A stretch of DNA of 64,000 nt from the human T2T-CHM13v2.0 reference genome, Homo sapiens. Position numbers and translations under genes: made by a program. Positions 28,211-41,714 of this stretch are shown here, piece after piece. The first letter of the stretch is position 1. Each line of letters starts with the position of its first letter. Under the pieces are notes generated by a model. The model saw only the letters and a program-made list of their open reading frames with translations, ran no database searches and was not told the DNA's origin. Where the stretch lies: assembly GCF_009914755.1 (NCBI RefSeq), contig NC_060940.1; one strand, 5' to 3'.

Positions 28211-31200
28211 TCCTTCCTCCACCATGTCCGGAGTCAACATAGTCCTGTAAATACATGGAGCTTTTCTATGTGAGGGATTAGCTGTTTTTCCTTTTGGGAG
28301 GAACCTTATTAGGCCAGGTGCCCAATTCTTGGGACTCCCTTTCTCTCCCTTGTTTGAGGAGGACCTGGTCCCACAGCTCCACCTGCTTATGATAGGGAAG
28401 CAACAGAGGAGCTGCCCCCTCCAGTTCCTAGCTGCAATTTGGTGAGGGCCACCTGGGACTAACTTAATGGGTCCATACACCTTCCTGAGGCACCTTTTGT
28501 TCCAAAGCTTTGGTTTGAAGTCCTGGAATGGAACACTAGACCAAAGGTTACTGACAGTGGGAATCAAGGGGCACAGCACAGGTGAGCACGACTATTGCTG
28601 TTGATTAGGCCCTCTCACTCCGTGGATGGAGGTCATGCTCACATCCATGACATAGATAAGATCTAGGAAACTCAAAGCTTACTGACAGTGGGAGGCTTCG
28701 GCACCGCCCAGGTGAGTGTGAATATTTCTGCCAGCTATGCTTCCCTATTTCGTGGGTGAAGGTCTTCTTGCCCCCAGGGTCGGCACCTTCACAGGTCACT
28801 GGGACTCAGGGATATAAGGTCAAAAGAAAGAAAGGAATGCCTTCTTTTCCCTCCCTTATGTACCCTGGGTGTTAGTTAGAAAGAAAAAGGAACAAAGGGA
28901 TGCCTTTTTCCCCTCTTTCCAGATGAGTAACCAATCATCTTCAGCCTGCACTGCACTCCTCATGAGTGCATCCTAAATCATGGAAACTCCTTTGGACCTC
29001 AGACTCTGGAGAAAGGAAAAAAAACTTTTCTTTTCTTCCTCTGTCCTCTTTTCACAGATGGTTAATCATGTCTCTGTACCACAGGACACTCCCCTCAGAT
29101 GCATCCTGGGGAGAGTTTAATTTTCTCAAATCTTAAACTGCTTGGCAATCTCTTGAGGAGGGACAACTGTTCTTTGTCTGTTCCCCTGCACAGGACTCCA
29201 TGGCTCAGGGGAAGGGAACCCAGAAGCCTGACATGCAGGCAAAGGGTAAAAGTTCCTACCAGTCAGATTTCTGGCCTCTCCCTCTGTCTCTGTACAAAGT
29301 GGTTGCAAGAATGGTGAAAAATGACTGTATTCTCTGCCTCCCTATGAGTTCAAAAGCCAGAAGTATTGGCCATTTGGCACGGCTAAGGTTAGGTAATAAG
29401 AGATTTAAAAGGACTTCTTAAAAAGGAGAGCTATGGTTAAAAGTCAGCTTAATTAAAATGGATATCCAAGCTATAGGTATATTTAACAGGACTTGATGTC
29501 TCTTTGTGGATCTTGTTTTTCTGGAAAAAAAGGATTTTCTTCTCAGTTGACTGAATTATTTTCCCCCATTTTGTCTTGCCACTCTTACTGCACACATGAG
29601 AGGCCCTAGGATAACTTCGGATGGCCTGGGACTCCTTGGGAAAATGGAGGAGGCACCACTGACCCTGTTTTGGGAAAAACCTGTTACCCTCACAGAACCC
29701 CAGGAATCTCTCTCAAAATCTGTGCCTGTCTATTAGGCCTTAGAAACTGCATGTTTTCCTAGTTCTGTTTCTTGAAGGGCTCAACCCTGAGGCCAGTAAT
29801 CCAATTAAGAGATTAGCACATGAAAAATCTGACAATTCCTGGATTTCCTTCTGTCTGTCTTTGTAGTTATATATGTGTTATGTGTGTGATGTTTATATAA
29901 AAGAGCTCTAATTGATTGGCTGAGGGAAAATAAGTGCTTATATCAAATATTCTTAACAAAAAATAGAAGCTGTAATGCCTTTTAGTTGACATGACTTTAA
30001 TCTTTGAGAAATAAAAAGAGTTTTAAAGATTATTCATAAAATGAAAATGTCTTCAAAATGTACACATGTGATCCAAATTATGTAGACATGCAGTTCATAT
30101 CTGAAATAATTCAGATATTAGGCTTGCTAAATGCTTTAAGGTCATAAACTGCTTCTTTGGCTTTTGAAAACTGTTCAACTTGCCTGCTTTACAGTTGGTA
30201 AGGCCTGGGGACATATGGAGTTAACCACACCACTAACTATGCTGGAAAAAGTCAGATCTTATCCACACCTAATACATAATTAAAATAACTTACCAGGTTT
30301 TAAACCAAAATTAAAATGGCTGAGAGTTAACTTTGTAATATATAGTGGAGACTAGTGAAAATAGATTTACATGCAAAGTTTGTAAGGAGAGTAAAATGTG
30401 GTTTTGGTAAAAGATTATAAGAAGGCATGGGAATGTAAATTTCTGCATAAGTTTAGAGGGTTAAAGAATTCCTGGCAAGTTAAAGGTTTGAACAAATTGT
30501 GGAAGGTATAAAGGGTTATAAAAGGTTTATAAGAATCTCACTTCATGGTCAAACTCAGATTGGATGGATTTTTCTGTAAGGTTTCATTACCAAAAAATGA
30601 GGTTGACATTAATAGTTGACTAATGCAAGGGTGAAATTTGGCTTTCTCTTGCTTGAACAAGATTTTAGTGTAATGGAAGATTTTTGTTTGCCTTGTGAAT
30701 AAACTTCCAAAAAAAGAAGGGAAGGACAAAAGTTAGATTGCTTGGAAAACTTGGTCTTCTCTCTTAATGAGTAAAGGTTTTTGTTTTTCAAAATTTAAAT
30801 GATCTATTTTAGCTAAATGGATGACTTATGGTAATCTGAAATTCTATTAAGTGTTTTAAGCTTTCAACATATTTGGTAGGCTTCCCAATATCAAGTTTCA
30901 GCTTTGAAATCATCTTTTCTAACCCTTAAATTTGGATGCTACAGAGGGTCCCTGGAGCATCCAAAGGAGAAGTAAACAGGATTATTAGACACGTTTAGTT
31001 ACACAGGATTGTCCAAATAAGGTGGTGTTTAATTTTCAGGTTATATTTTAGTGAATAATGTTAATATGTGTTCTAAAATAGTATGGGATTTCTAAAATTC
31101 TGATGTCTGAGTATGTGTTATTAATCATAATTAGGGTTATTTTGTTGGGTTATTGTAGACCACAGAGGTGACTAAATTTCTTTGTCAATCGTGTTTTTGA

Positions 31201-31726
31201 CTGTAACTACCCTAGGACATTTTGACATTCACAGACAATTGTCTTATTTTGATCCTCTTCAAAAGATGGATTATAGTCCTCAAGGGCAGGTTTTTGATAA
31301 CTTTAGAGACTGCGAACAAGAGTTGACTGGGTGGACTGAACTAATGGAAGACTGAAGTAATATTTTTGACCTCTTGCTTAGAACATTGCTAATCCGTTGT
31401 TTTGCTTTTCAGAGTCAAAGAAGCTGTTCTTTTGAGTTATTTGCAGCTTTTGACAATTGAGTAAAGCATATTCTTGTGAACCAACCAGTGATTTATGACT
31501 GCAGCTGAGAAGAGACAAGAGGGATGGCCCATCAAACTCCAAGCGGTAATGCAACTGGAGCCTCACACAATAGCTCCCTTTTTACCAGGGATCCTTAGAT
31601 AGGTCTCTGAGAGAGATCCAACTGCCGTTTTCCTCAAAACAACACCCCATGTCAGCATGAAGCAGTTAAGAGTGGTCATCATCCCTATCCTTACAGCAGT
31701 TAGATGTACGTCTTCAGAGGGGGGAT

Positions 31727-32992
31727 TGATGGCAGTGGTGGGCCATCTGGAGTGGCCACTGCCACTTTGCCAGCCATAGTGGGGAGGTGCAAGCGGTGGT
31801 GGCAGAAGCAACTGTGAGAGCAGCAGTGGCAGTGGGGAGACCCCTGTGCCCTGCATCCCCAAGGCAGCCAACTGCACCAACCCCAGCTTTGTGTGGCCAG
31901 GCAAGACCTGCCCCCAGGACCAGAGCCTCCACCACTCCAGACCCTGACCCCGCATCACCACTCTTGCTCCCTGCCACTGCAAGAAGGGCATGGACAAGAG
32001 GTAGACAGGCCCTGAGCCTGCCCCTGGGAGCCCTGGGAGCCCTGGAAGCCCTGAAAGCTGCTGCAATGGGTCCAGGATGAGTTGCCCACTGGCGGAGGAG
32101 CAGTGAGGTCTGGCAGAAGGGGGCCCCAAGGTGGAACTGGGCCCAGGGTGGTGCAGTGCTTGCACATGGAACATGGGTGCCAGGCCTGGGGCATGGAGCT
32201 TTGGCAGCACTTCAGGAGCCCAGAGCAAGAGGTTGGAGCAGCATCCACTTCGGGGCCCTGGCCAGCAGTATGGCCACCATACCCACTTGTTGAGGGCACC
32301 AGGTTCCTGCACTTCGGGAAGAGGCTCTGCTTGGGGCCACCCAGGGCCACATCCCCAGGTTCCACCCCACATCAGGGTGACTACTAAGCCTGACACTCCT
32401 GATGGCCAGTCCTGGAACCTGCAATTCACTCCTGGAGGTGCCCCCACAAGGCAGGGCCATGAGCCAGGCAAGGTGGAGCCCCAGGCCAGCCCTGAGCACC
32501 AGGGCCATGGAGGGGAGCTCATGGCAATGTCGCCCCTGCCCCAGACACCAGCCCAGGGCCAGCAAGGACCTGGATTCCCCACCCCAGGCTGTGAGGAGGC
32601 ACAGCTGAAGCTGCATGCTCCATGGAGCCAGCGGGAGCCAGGGACAAACAGGAGCCCCACCCCTTCTAAGTTGGTGAGGTGAGAGCCCCTTGGATGCAGC
32701 TGCAGCTGCCCTGCCGTGGCTCTACGCTGGAGCGTGTCTGCACTCTGTCCCTTCAGGGGCCCGGGAAGGTGCCTCCTGTCCCCACAGGTTTGGGGATGTC
32801 TACTCCTGCTGCCTGGCCTCTCCCCACTCCTGGTGCTCACTTTGATATCCAAGCATGGTTGGGGCTGAGCCCTGGCACTGTCACAGCCTGGCTAGGTGTG
32901 GACAGGCTGGGGCACTGCTGACCCACCAGCCCCCTGCCACCTTGGCCCCCTCTGGACAGGTGGGAATCCAAAGGGTATGCTGAGGACAGCTC
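31727..32992 (+). mobile_element. MER52-type 3' LTR, 3'-truncated and CpG-depleted
   Basis: TGATGGCAGTGG directly after the PPT; colinear with the 5' LTR up to ctgag(g/a)cagct; no terminal region or TSD seen. Confidence 0.78.
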
Positions 32993-33160
32993 ACAGTGTG
33001 AAGGCAGATGTTTGCATGCCAGGAAGAGAACCCTCACCAGGAAATTAATCAGCCAGCACCTTAATCTTGCACTTCCCAGCCTCCAGAACTGTGAGAAATA
33101 CATGTCTGGGGTTGAAGTCTTCCAATCTATGATATTTTGTTATAGTAACTCAAGCTGAAG
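32993..33160 (+). mobile_element. MLT1A-type LTR, right half
   Basis: ccaggaagagaaccctcaccag...cttcccagcctccagaactgtgagaaata. Confidence 0.72.
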
Positions 33161-34423
33161 TATTCTATCTGGGATGAGTGGAAGGAAGCTTCACTCATGG
33201 GGTTTCAGCTGGGGCTGTTGGCTGGAACACCTACAAGAGGCACCTGCATGTGGCCAGGACTTCCTCACAGCACAGTGGCCTCAGACTTTTACTAGGTGAT
33301 TTGAACCTACAAATACAATTAAGGTTAAATCACCTATGAAGATTTAGTCTCAGAAATTACCTAATCAATGAGCCGCTAATGTCAATTCAGATTCCAGGAG
33401 AAGGGACAGATTCCAGCTCTGGATGGGAGGTATGTCAAAGAATTAGTGGATGTGATGTAAAACTACCACAATACCTCCTCAATGTAATCATGTCCTGAGG
33501 CAACACGTTCAAAATCCACATTTAGGATCCACCGCACTAATTCATCGACGGCATGGTCCTGTTGAGGAGGTATCCAACTTACACTAATAATGGAGCAATG
33601 ACCATCTCAGTCTAAGGCAAGGTTTGTATGTTCAGAGGGCTGCATAGAAACTGCTATAGCAGCTTCCCAAAACATTAGAGAAAATCCATCCTGTAAGATC
33701 TTTAAGACAAAGGAGGCCACATGTTCCAATAACCCCCAAACCCAAGAGGTAATTCTTACAAGCTCTGTGATACAGAATGGTATGTTCTTGACATCCCCAA
33801 TCAATCATTAGCTCTGGAGGATTCCCAGGCTCCAACCGGGAAAGTGCATTTGTAAATGTGTTGATGGCATGAGGTGCCCCAGACTTCACGCTATTATCTG
33901 TAGATAGAAGAGGAACTTGTACGTAAATAACTTGGAGGGGAGGAGCCAGCTCATTTACATTCAGTCTTATTTCAGTATCAGGTCCAACTTTACAGAAATG
34001 ACAGAGGCAGTTGTCACTGTATTGCATGATATTGAGTTTGGACTTTATTTGGAAAGTAAGGTGACTCATGAAAGTATATTAAGCAGACCAATGAACTCAG
34101 TCAACTATGCATTTTTTGAGGGCATTTATTGTTCTACTAGCTTGGAATTTGACTTGGCTACAAGGGTGATGTGCTAAAGGATCAGTCCCTGAATCAAACG
34201 CATCTGTAACTTGGTGCATTATGTACATATTTTGTTTAGATTACTCAAGCAAGGTGTACTTTTCTTTTCTTTTTAGAACCAGCATCTTCCTCTGTCACCC
34301 AGGTTGGAATGCAGTTTTGATTTTGATTCTAGAATCAACATGTCAGAATTCCAGGAAGTGAAAATGCTCTGAGGCAGAATACAACTTAGCTTGAATCTCG
34401 AATACTGATTCCAATCCAAAATG

Positions 34424-34527
34424 CTCTCCTACATTGTCCTGAGAACTCTTAATATGTCTTATTAAAGACAAAAAAAGAAGAGGCGTATAAAAGACATATT
34501 AAGGGTTCCCAAGACAATGTAGGAGAG
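34424..34527. repeat. 37-bp inverted repeat with 3 mismatches and a 30-nt loop
   Basis: ctctcctacattgtcctgagaactcttaatatgtctt (34424-34460) versus aagacatattaagggttcccaagacaatgtaggagag (34491-34527). Confidence 0.92.
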
Positions 34528-34904
34528 TATAAAAGTATAGCCAAGTTATAAAACAGGATGTCTTCATAAAAGAGGATGATTTTGGAGTATAAAAGTATAG
34601 AGTATGAAAGTACAGCCAACTAAAGCCAAGTTATCATAAAAGTATAGACAAGTTATCATGAAAGAGGATGATTTGGGAGTTGATTTTTCTAGGTAAGCTA
34701 AAATTCACATGCTCACAATGAGTATTGGTGGCACAGATAAATCAAATAATTCATAACTAGAATTTAATTATAGGGCTTTCACTTCAAGTATCATGATCTT
34801 CAAGTATCTTGAAGTGAAATGTACTATGTAGTATTTTCCATAGGATCAATCTTTTGATAGGTACCAACTATAAGCCCTGGACAAAATATAAATCGCAACT
34901 TCAG

Positions 34905-35235
<331 letters not shown>

Positions 35236-37731
35236 TTAGAGATTAGGCAGCACAAAAATAAATTAGGAAAAATCTACCTTTGAAGAAATAAATGGCATGG
35301 AGTGAGTTTTCAATTTTTATGGAAAAATTTCAGGAGAGAGAGTCAGAAAAGAGGAACTTCAAATTTTGTGTATAAATTCTTCCCAAATCCATGGCTGATC
35401 CCTGAAATACACAGAATCCATGCAGCCTCAGGCTAAAAGAAATGAATAAACAAAACAAAATCCAGAATCTCTACAGTATATTAATGACAATGGTCTATAT
35501 AAAATCTAAAATTACTAGATACACAAAGACACAGGAACACATACTCATTTGCAAGAGAAAAACAACATCAATGGAGAAAACTAAAGACTCAGATGTTGGA
35601 ATTAGTTGAGAAGGATTTCAATAACAGTGCTATAGCTGTAATGATTATGCTCAAGGACTAAAATAAATATGTTCAATATGAACAATAAAAAAGTTAGTGG
35701 AAAAATAGAAATGATTTTAAAATTGAGACTATTTAACTAAGAATGTATTACTCTAAATTAAAAATGAACTTAATGGACCTCATAGAATATTGGAGATCTA
35801 AGAAATTTAGCATACTTGAAATTAGTTCAAAGGAAGTTAGCAGTCTTAAGAATAGAGAGAAAAATATTTTTATAAAAAGTGAAGCCTCAGTGAATCATGG
35901 AACAATGTGTGTGTGTGTGCGTGTGTGTATATATATATAATTGTATATATATATAAATTGTATATATTATATATATAATTGTGTGTATATATATATATAT
36001 AATTGGGGTTCCAGAAAAAGACAGAAAAAATATTTTAAGAAATAATGACCAAAAGTTTTCCAGATTTTGGTGAAAGATATAAATTTACAGATCCAAGAAT
36101 ATTAGAAAAATCTAAAATGGGAGAAATACAAAAAAGAACAATACTTAGGCATGTCATAATCAAGCTTCTTAAAATCAAAAAGAAGACAAAATTTTGAATG
36201 AAGACAGAGGAAAATGATACATTACACAAGTGGGACAATTGTTCAAATTACCACTGACTTCTCAACAGAAACAAAGGAAGCTAGGAAGCGATGTCAGCAA
36301 GATGGCAGAGTAGGTTGTCTCCCACTCACATTCCCCAATAGCAACAAAAATGTCTCATCCATTCACAGGCAAAAGTGCCTTTGTGAGAACCTGAGGATTT
36401 AGGCAGGAGTTGTAAAACCCCAGTGGAGCCCAAGACCTAGGAGAGTTGTTTTGAGAGGGTAGACCCACACCCAGGTGGCAAACTCATTGACTGTGGTCCT
36501 AACTCCAGATTTGGAAATGGCCCCATCTGCCTCATGTTTAGTGAAAGCCCTATTTGGACTTGATCCTGCTACCAAAACCACCTGCCTGGGGGTCTGACAG
36601 GAGGCAGTCATGCACAGTAGTACATCAGAAGACAGGCCCACTGAACTTGCTCTCAACTGAGGCCCTGAAACAACCATCTAACTCAACTCCAGCCCATCTC
36701 AGCTGCAGTAAGCAATCAGTCCTGCTTGCATAAGGACCCAGAGAGAGACATGCCCATATGAGTCCCTAGGGCAGGATTTTTGGATTTTAGTCCCCAAGGA
36801 GACCAGAAAGGGCCCTCAATCTTGCCTCCAAACCCTCTCAGCAGCAGCCCAAGAGCAATTTTGCCTGTACATGGAGCTGCTGAGAGACTTGCCCATCTGT
36901 GCCACTAGTACAGCCTTGCCAACTTCAGTCGCATTGCAAATCCTGAAATGACCCTGAATTTCAGCCCAAGGCTCCCTCAGCTGAGGTCTAAGAGCAGTTC
37001 TGCCCAGCCAGGGAATAGCTGGGAGACAAGTCCATGTGAGCCCCCAGGGTCATACTTGCCAACCTCAGTCCCCATAGCAGATCCTGAAAAGGCCCTGCAT
37101 CTCAACTCCAACTTCACTTAGCTACAGATCGAGAGCATGGCTGCCTGCCCAGGGACCCACTGTGAGACATGCCCATCAGTGACACCAGAGGTAGGCCTGA
37201 ATATTTCGATCTCAGTTGTAGACCTTGAAGCAGCCCTGCAACTTGGTTTCTGCCCCTCTCAGCTGCAGACTGGAGCAGTACTGCCTGTCCAAAGTCTCAC
37301 CCAGTGGTCCAGCAAGAGCCTTCCTGGGGACCTGGAGGAGTCATACCCATTCACAAACTGGGCAACAGGCCTATTCCTGTGCACCTGAAGTAGACCATCA
37401 GCCCAGTACCAGCCCTTTGGACCAAGGTCGTGGAGACAGTAGAGACCACCCTGGGCCCAGACAGGATCCATGCCTGCTAGGGCCCCTGCTACTAGGCTCA
37501 CCAACTGTGGACTCCACTGTGGACCCAGCAGCAGTCATGTTAATTGGTTCCAAAAGCATTTGGCTACAATCCCATAGGCAAACTCATCTGCCTGGGAACT
37601 TAGCAGAACACAAACCTGCCAAAACCAGTTTCTAGGGCCTGGAAGAAGTATTTGCTCTTTCAAATGCACAGATGCAAAGGTTACATGAATAACAAGAAAT
37701 CAGACAAACATGAAACCACCAAAGAAAATTA

Positions 37732-38220
<489 letters not shown>

Positions 38221-38930
38221 TTAATGGAATCTTTAGAATTTTTCTACATATAAGATCCTATCATCTGCAAACAGAACTAATAAACAAATTCAGTAACTTT
38301 GCAGGACACAAAACCAACATACAAAAATTAATAGTGTTTCTATACACTAACAATGAACTATCTAAAAAAGTAATCAAGAAAACAATTCCATTTATAATAG
38401 TGAAAAAATAAAACACTTAGAAATAAATTTAACTAAGGAAAGTAAATTACCTGCAAACTGGAAACTATAAAACACTGATGTAAAAATTGAAGAAGACACA
38501 AATAAATGGAAAGATATCCTGTGTTCATGGATTGAAAGAATTAATATTGTTAAGGTGTCCATATTATTCAGTGTGATCTATGGACTCAATGTAATCCTTG
38601 TCAAAATTCCAATGATATTTTTAACAAAAATAGAAAAAACAATTCTAAAATTCATATGGAACCACGAAAGATCTCAAATACCCCAAATATGCTTGAACAA
38701 AAAGAGAAAAGCTGGAGGCAACACACTCCCTGACTTCAATATACTACAATATGCTGCAAAACTATAGTAATTAAAACAGCATATTATTGTCTTAAAAACA
38801 GACATATACATCAATGCAATAGAATAGAGCCCAGAAATAAACTCATGCATTTACAGTCAATTGATTTTTGGCAAACTTCCTCAGATAACATAATGAAGAA
38901 AGGACAGTCTCTTTAATAAATTGTGCTAGG

Positions 38931-39016
38931 CACCAACATGGCACATGTATACATATGTAACAAACCTGCACGTTATGCACATGTACCCTAGAACTTAAAG
39001 TATAATTTTAAAAAAG
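38931..39016 (+). mobile_element. Short 5'-truncated L1PA 3' end inserted in older L1
   Basis: catggcacatgtatacatatgtaacaaacctgcacgtt...aaagtataat; flanked by gtgctagg direct repeats. Confidence 0.75.
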
Positions 39017-39786
39017 GTGCTAGGAAAGCTGAATATCTACATGCTGAATAATTAAATTGGATCTCTTATCTCACACCATATACAAAAATAGACTCAAAAT
39101 GGATTACAAACGTGATATCTGAAACTGTAAAAGTATTAGAAGAAAACATAGGAGAAAATCTCCATAACCTTGGTCTGAGCAATGATTTCTTGAATATGAA
39201 ACCAAAAGCACAGGCAGAAAAAGCAAAAATGGATGAATGAAATTTCATCAAACTGAAAAGTTTCTGTACAGCCATGAAAACAATCAACAGAACAAAGAGG
39301 CAATCTACGGAATTAGAGGATATATTTGCAAACCATACATCAGATGAAGAGTTAATATCCAATATATATAAAGAACTCAAACAACTCAATAGTGAGAAAA
39401 CAAATAATCTGATTGTAAAATGGGCAAAAGATCTGAATAGACATTTCACAAAAGAGGACAAACAAATGGCCAACAGGTATATTTAAAATGCTCAAAATCG
39501 GTAATCATCAGAGAAATGTAAATAAAATTACACTGAGCTATTACCTCACACCTGTTAGAATGGCTATTATAAAAAAGATGAGAAATAATAAGCATTGGAG
39601 AGGATTGGAGAAAAGGGAACAACTTAAAGTGTATAAGAATATACTGTTGGTAGGAATTTAAATCAGTAAGCCAGTATGGAAAACATTTTGAAAGTTATTC
39701 AAAAAATTAAAAATAGAATTATCATATGATAGCTTTATTCCCACTACTGCATATATAATAGTATATATTCCCACTACTGGGTATGT

Positions 39787-41712
39787 AAATCTCATGCCCT
39801 CACATTTCAAAACCAATCATGCCTTCCCAACAGCCCAAAGTCTTAATTCATTTCAGCATTAACTCAAAAATCCAAGTCCAAAGTCTCATCTGAGACAAGG
39901 TGAGCGCCTTCCACTTATGAGCCAGTAAAATCAAAAGCAAGTTAGTTACTTCCTAGATACAATGAGGGTACAGGCACTGCATAAATACACACATTTCAAA
40001 CTGGCCAGAACGAAGGGGATAAAAGCCCCATGCAAATCCATAATCCAATAGGGCAGTCATTAAATCTTAAAGTACCAAAATAATCTCCTTTGACTCCATG
40101 TCTCTCATTCAGGACACACTGATGCAAGAGGGGGGATCCCACAAACTTGGGCAGCTCCACCCTTGTGGCTTTGCACGATACAGCCCCCATCCCAGCTGCT
40201 TTCATGGCCTGGCATTGAATGTCTGTGTTTTTTCCAGGCACATGATACAAGCTGTCAATGGATCTACCATTCTGGGTTCTGCAGCATTGTAGTCCTCTTT
40301 TCATAACTCCACTAGGCAGTGCCCCAGTGGGAACTCTGTGTGGGGACTCTTACCCCACATTTCCCTTCTGCACTGACCTGGCAGAGGTTCTCCATGAGGG
40401 CTCCACCCCTGCAGCAGACTTCTGCCTGGACATCCAGATATTTCCATACATCCTCTGAAATCTAGGCGGGGCTTTCCAAACCTCAATTATTGACTTCTGT
40501 GCACCTGCAGGATGAACACCATGTGGAAGCTGCCAAGGCTTGAGGCTTGCACGCCCTGAAGCCATGACCTGAGCTGTACCTTAGCCCCATTTAGCCATGG
40601 CTGGAGTGACTGGGACACAGGGCACCAAATCTTGAGGCTGCACATAGCAGAGGGGCCCTGGATCTGGCCAAAGAAACCATTTTTTCCTCCTAGACTTTCA
40701 GGCCTGTGGTGGAAGGGGCTGCCATTAAGGTCTCCAACATGCCCTGGAGACATTTTCCCCATTATCTTGGAGATTAGTATTTGCCTCCTCTTTACTTATG
40801 TAAAATAACCAATTTCTTCCCAGAAAATGGGTTTTTCTTTTCTACTGCATCATCAGACTGCAAATTTTTCAAACTTTTATGCTCTGCTTCCTCTTGAATG
40901 CTTTGCTGCTTAGAAATTTCTTCCACCAGATACCCTAAATAATCTCTCTCAAGTTCAAAGTTCCACAGATATCTAGGGCAGGGGCAAAATGCCATCAGTC
41001 TCTTTGGGTAACAAGAACAACCTTTACTCCAGTTCCCAAGAAATTCCTCATCTACATCTGAGACCGCCTCAGCTTGGACCTTATTGTTCATTCCACTATC
41101 AGCATTTTGGTCAAAGCCATTCAATAAGTCTCTAGGAAGTTCCAAGCTTTCTCACGTCTTCCCGTCTTTGGAGCTTCCAAGTTTCTAGGAAGTTCCCAAC
41201 TTTCCTACACTTTTCTGTCTTCTTCTGAGTCCTCCAAACTGTTCCAACCTCTGTGTGTTACTCAGTTCCAAAGTTGCTTTGACCTTTTTGGGTATCTTTA
41301 AAGCAGTGCCCCAATACCTGGTATCAACTTATTGTATTAGTCCATTTTCATGCTGCTAATAAAGACACACCTGACAATGAGAAATTTATAAAGGAAAGAG
41401 GTTTAATGGACTCACAGTTCCACATGGCTGGGGAAGCCTCACAATCATAGCAGAAGATGGAGAACAAAGGGACATCTTAGGGACATCTTAGGGACATCTG
41501 TCATTGTGGCAAGCAGGAGAGAGCGTCTGCAGGAGAACTCCCCTTTATCAAACCATCAGATCTTCTGAAACTTATTCACTATCATGAGAAGAGCACAGGA
41601 AAAACCCATTTCCATGATTCAATTACCTCCCACCAGCTTTCTCCCATGACACATGGGGATTATTAAAATTCAAGGTGAGATTTGGGTGGGGACACAGAAC
41701 CAAACTGTATCA
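39787..41712 (-). mobile_element. THE1-type MaLR: 5' LTR (41333-41712) plus internal region; 3' LTR missing
   Basis: Reverse complement of TGATACAGTTTGG...CTAATACA followed by THE1-int-like sequence (NGFDQNADS..., LWNFELERD ORF remnants). Confidence 0.85.
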
Positions 41713-41714
41713 CT

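Larger units (their letters stand above)
26086..31726 (+). mobile_element. Non-autonomous ERV1 internal region (MER52-int/HUERS-P-like); no pol recognised
   Basis: PBS, gag/pro remnants, AT-rich non-coding middle, env-tail remnant IKLQAVMQLEP..YQGSLDRSL (31531-31610), polypurine tract AGAGGGGGGA before the 3' LTR. Confidence 0.8.
25524..34315 (+). repeat. Left arm of inverted segmental duplication (visible part; likely extends further left)
   Basis: Mirror ORF pairs have coordinate sum 89591, e.g. 27092/62499, 31563/58028, 33917/55674. Confidence 0.98.

Noticed and set aside
35905-36005. (TG)n/(TA)n-rich self-complementary stretch
   Set aside because: Ordinary microsatellite within an L1 fragment
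39996-41145. ORFs with MaLR-like peptides
   Set aside because: Fragmented THE1 internal sequence, not an intact gene
41468-41498. GGGACATCTTA repeated about three times
   Set aside because: Small slippage duplication inside a THE1 LTR
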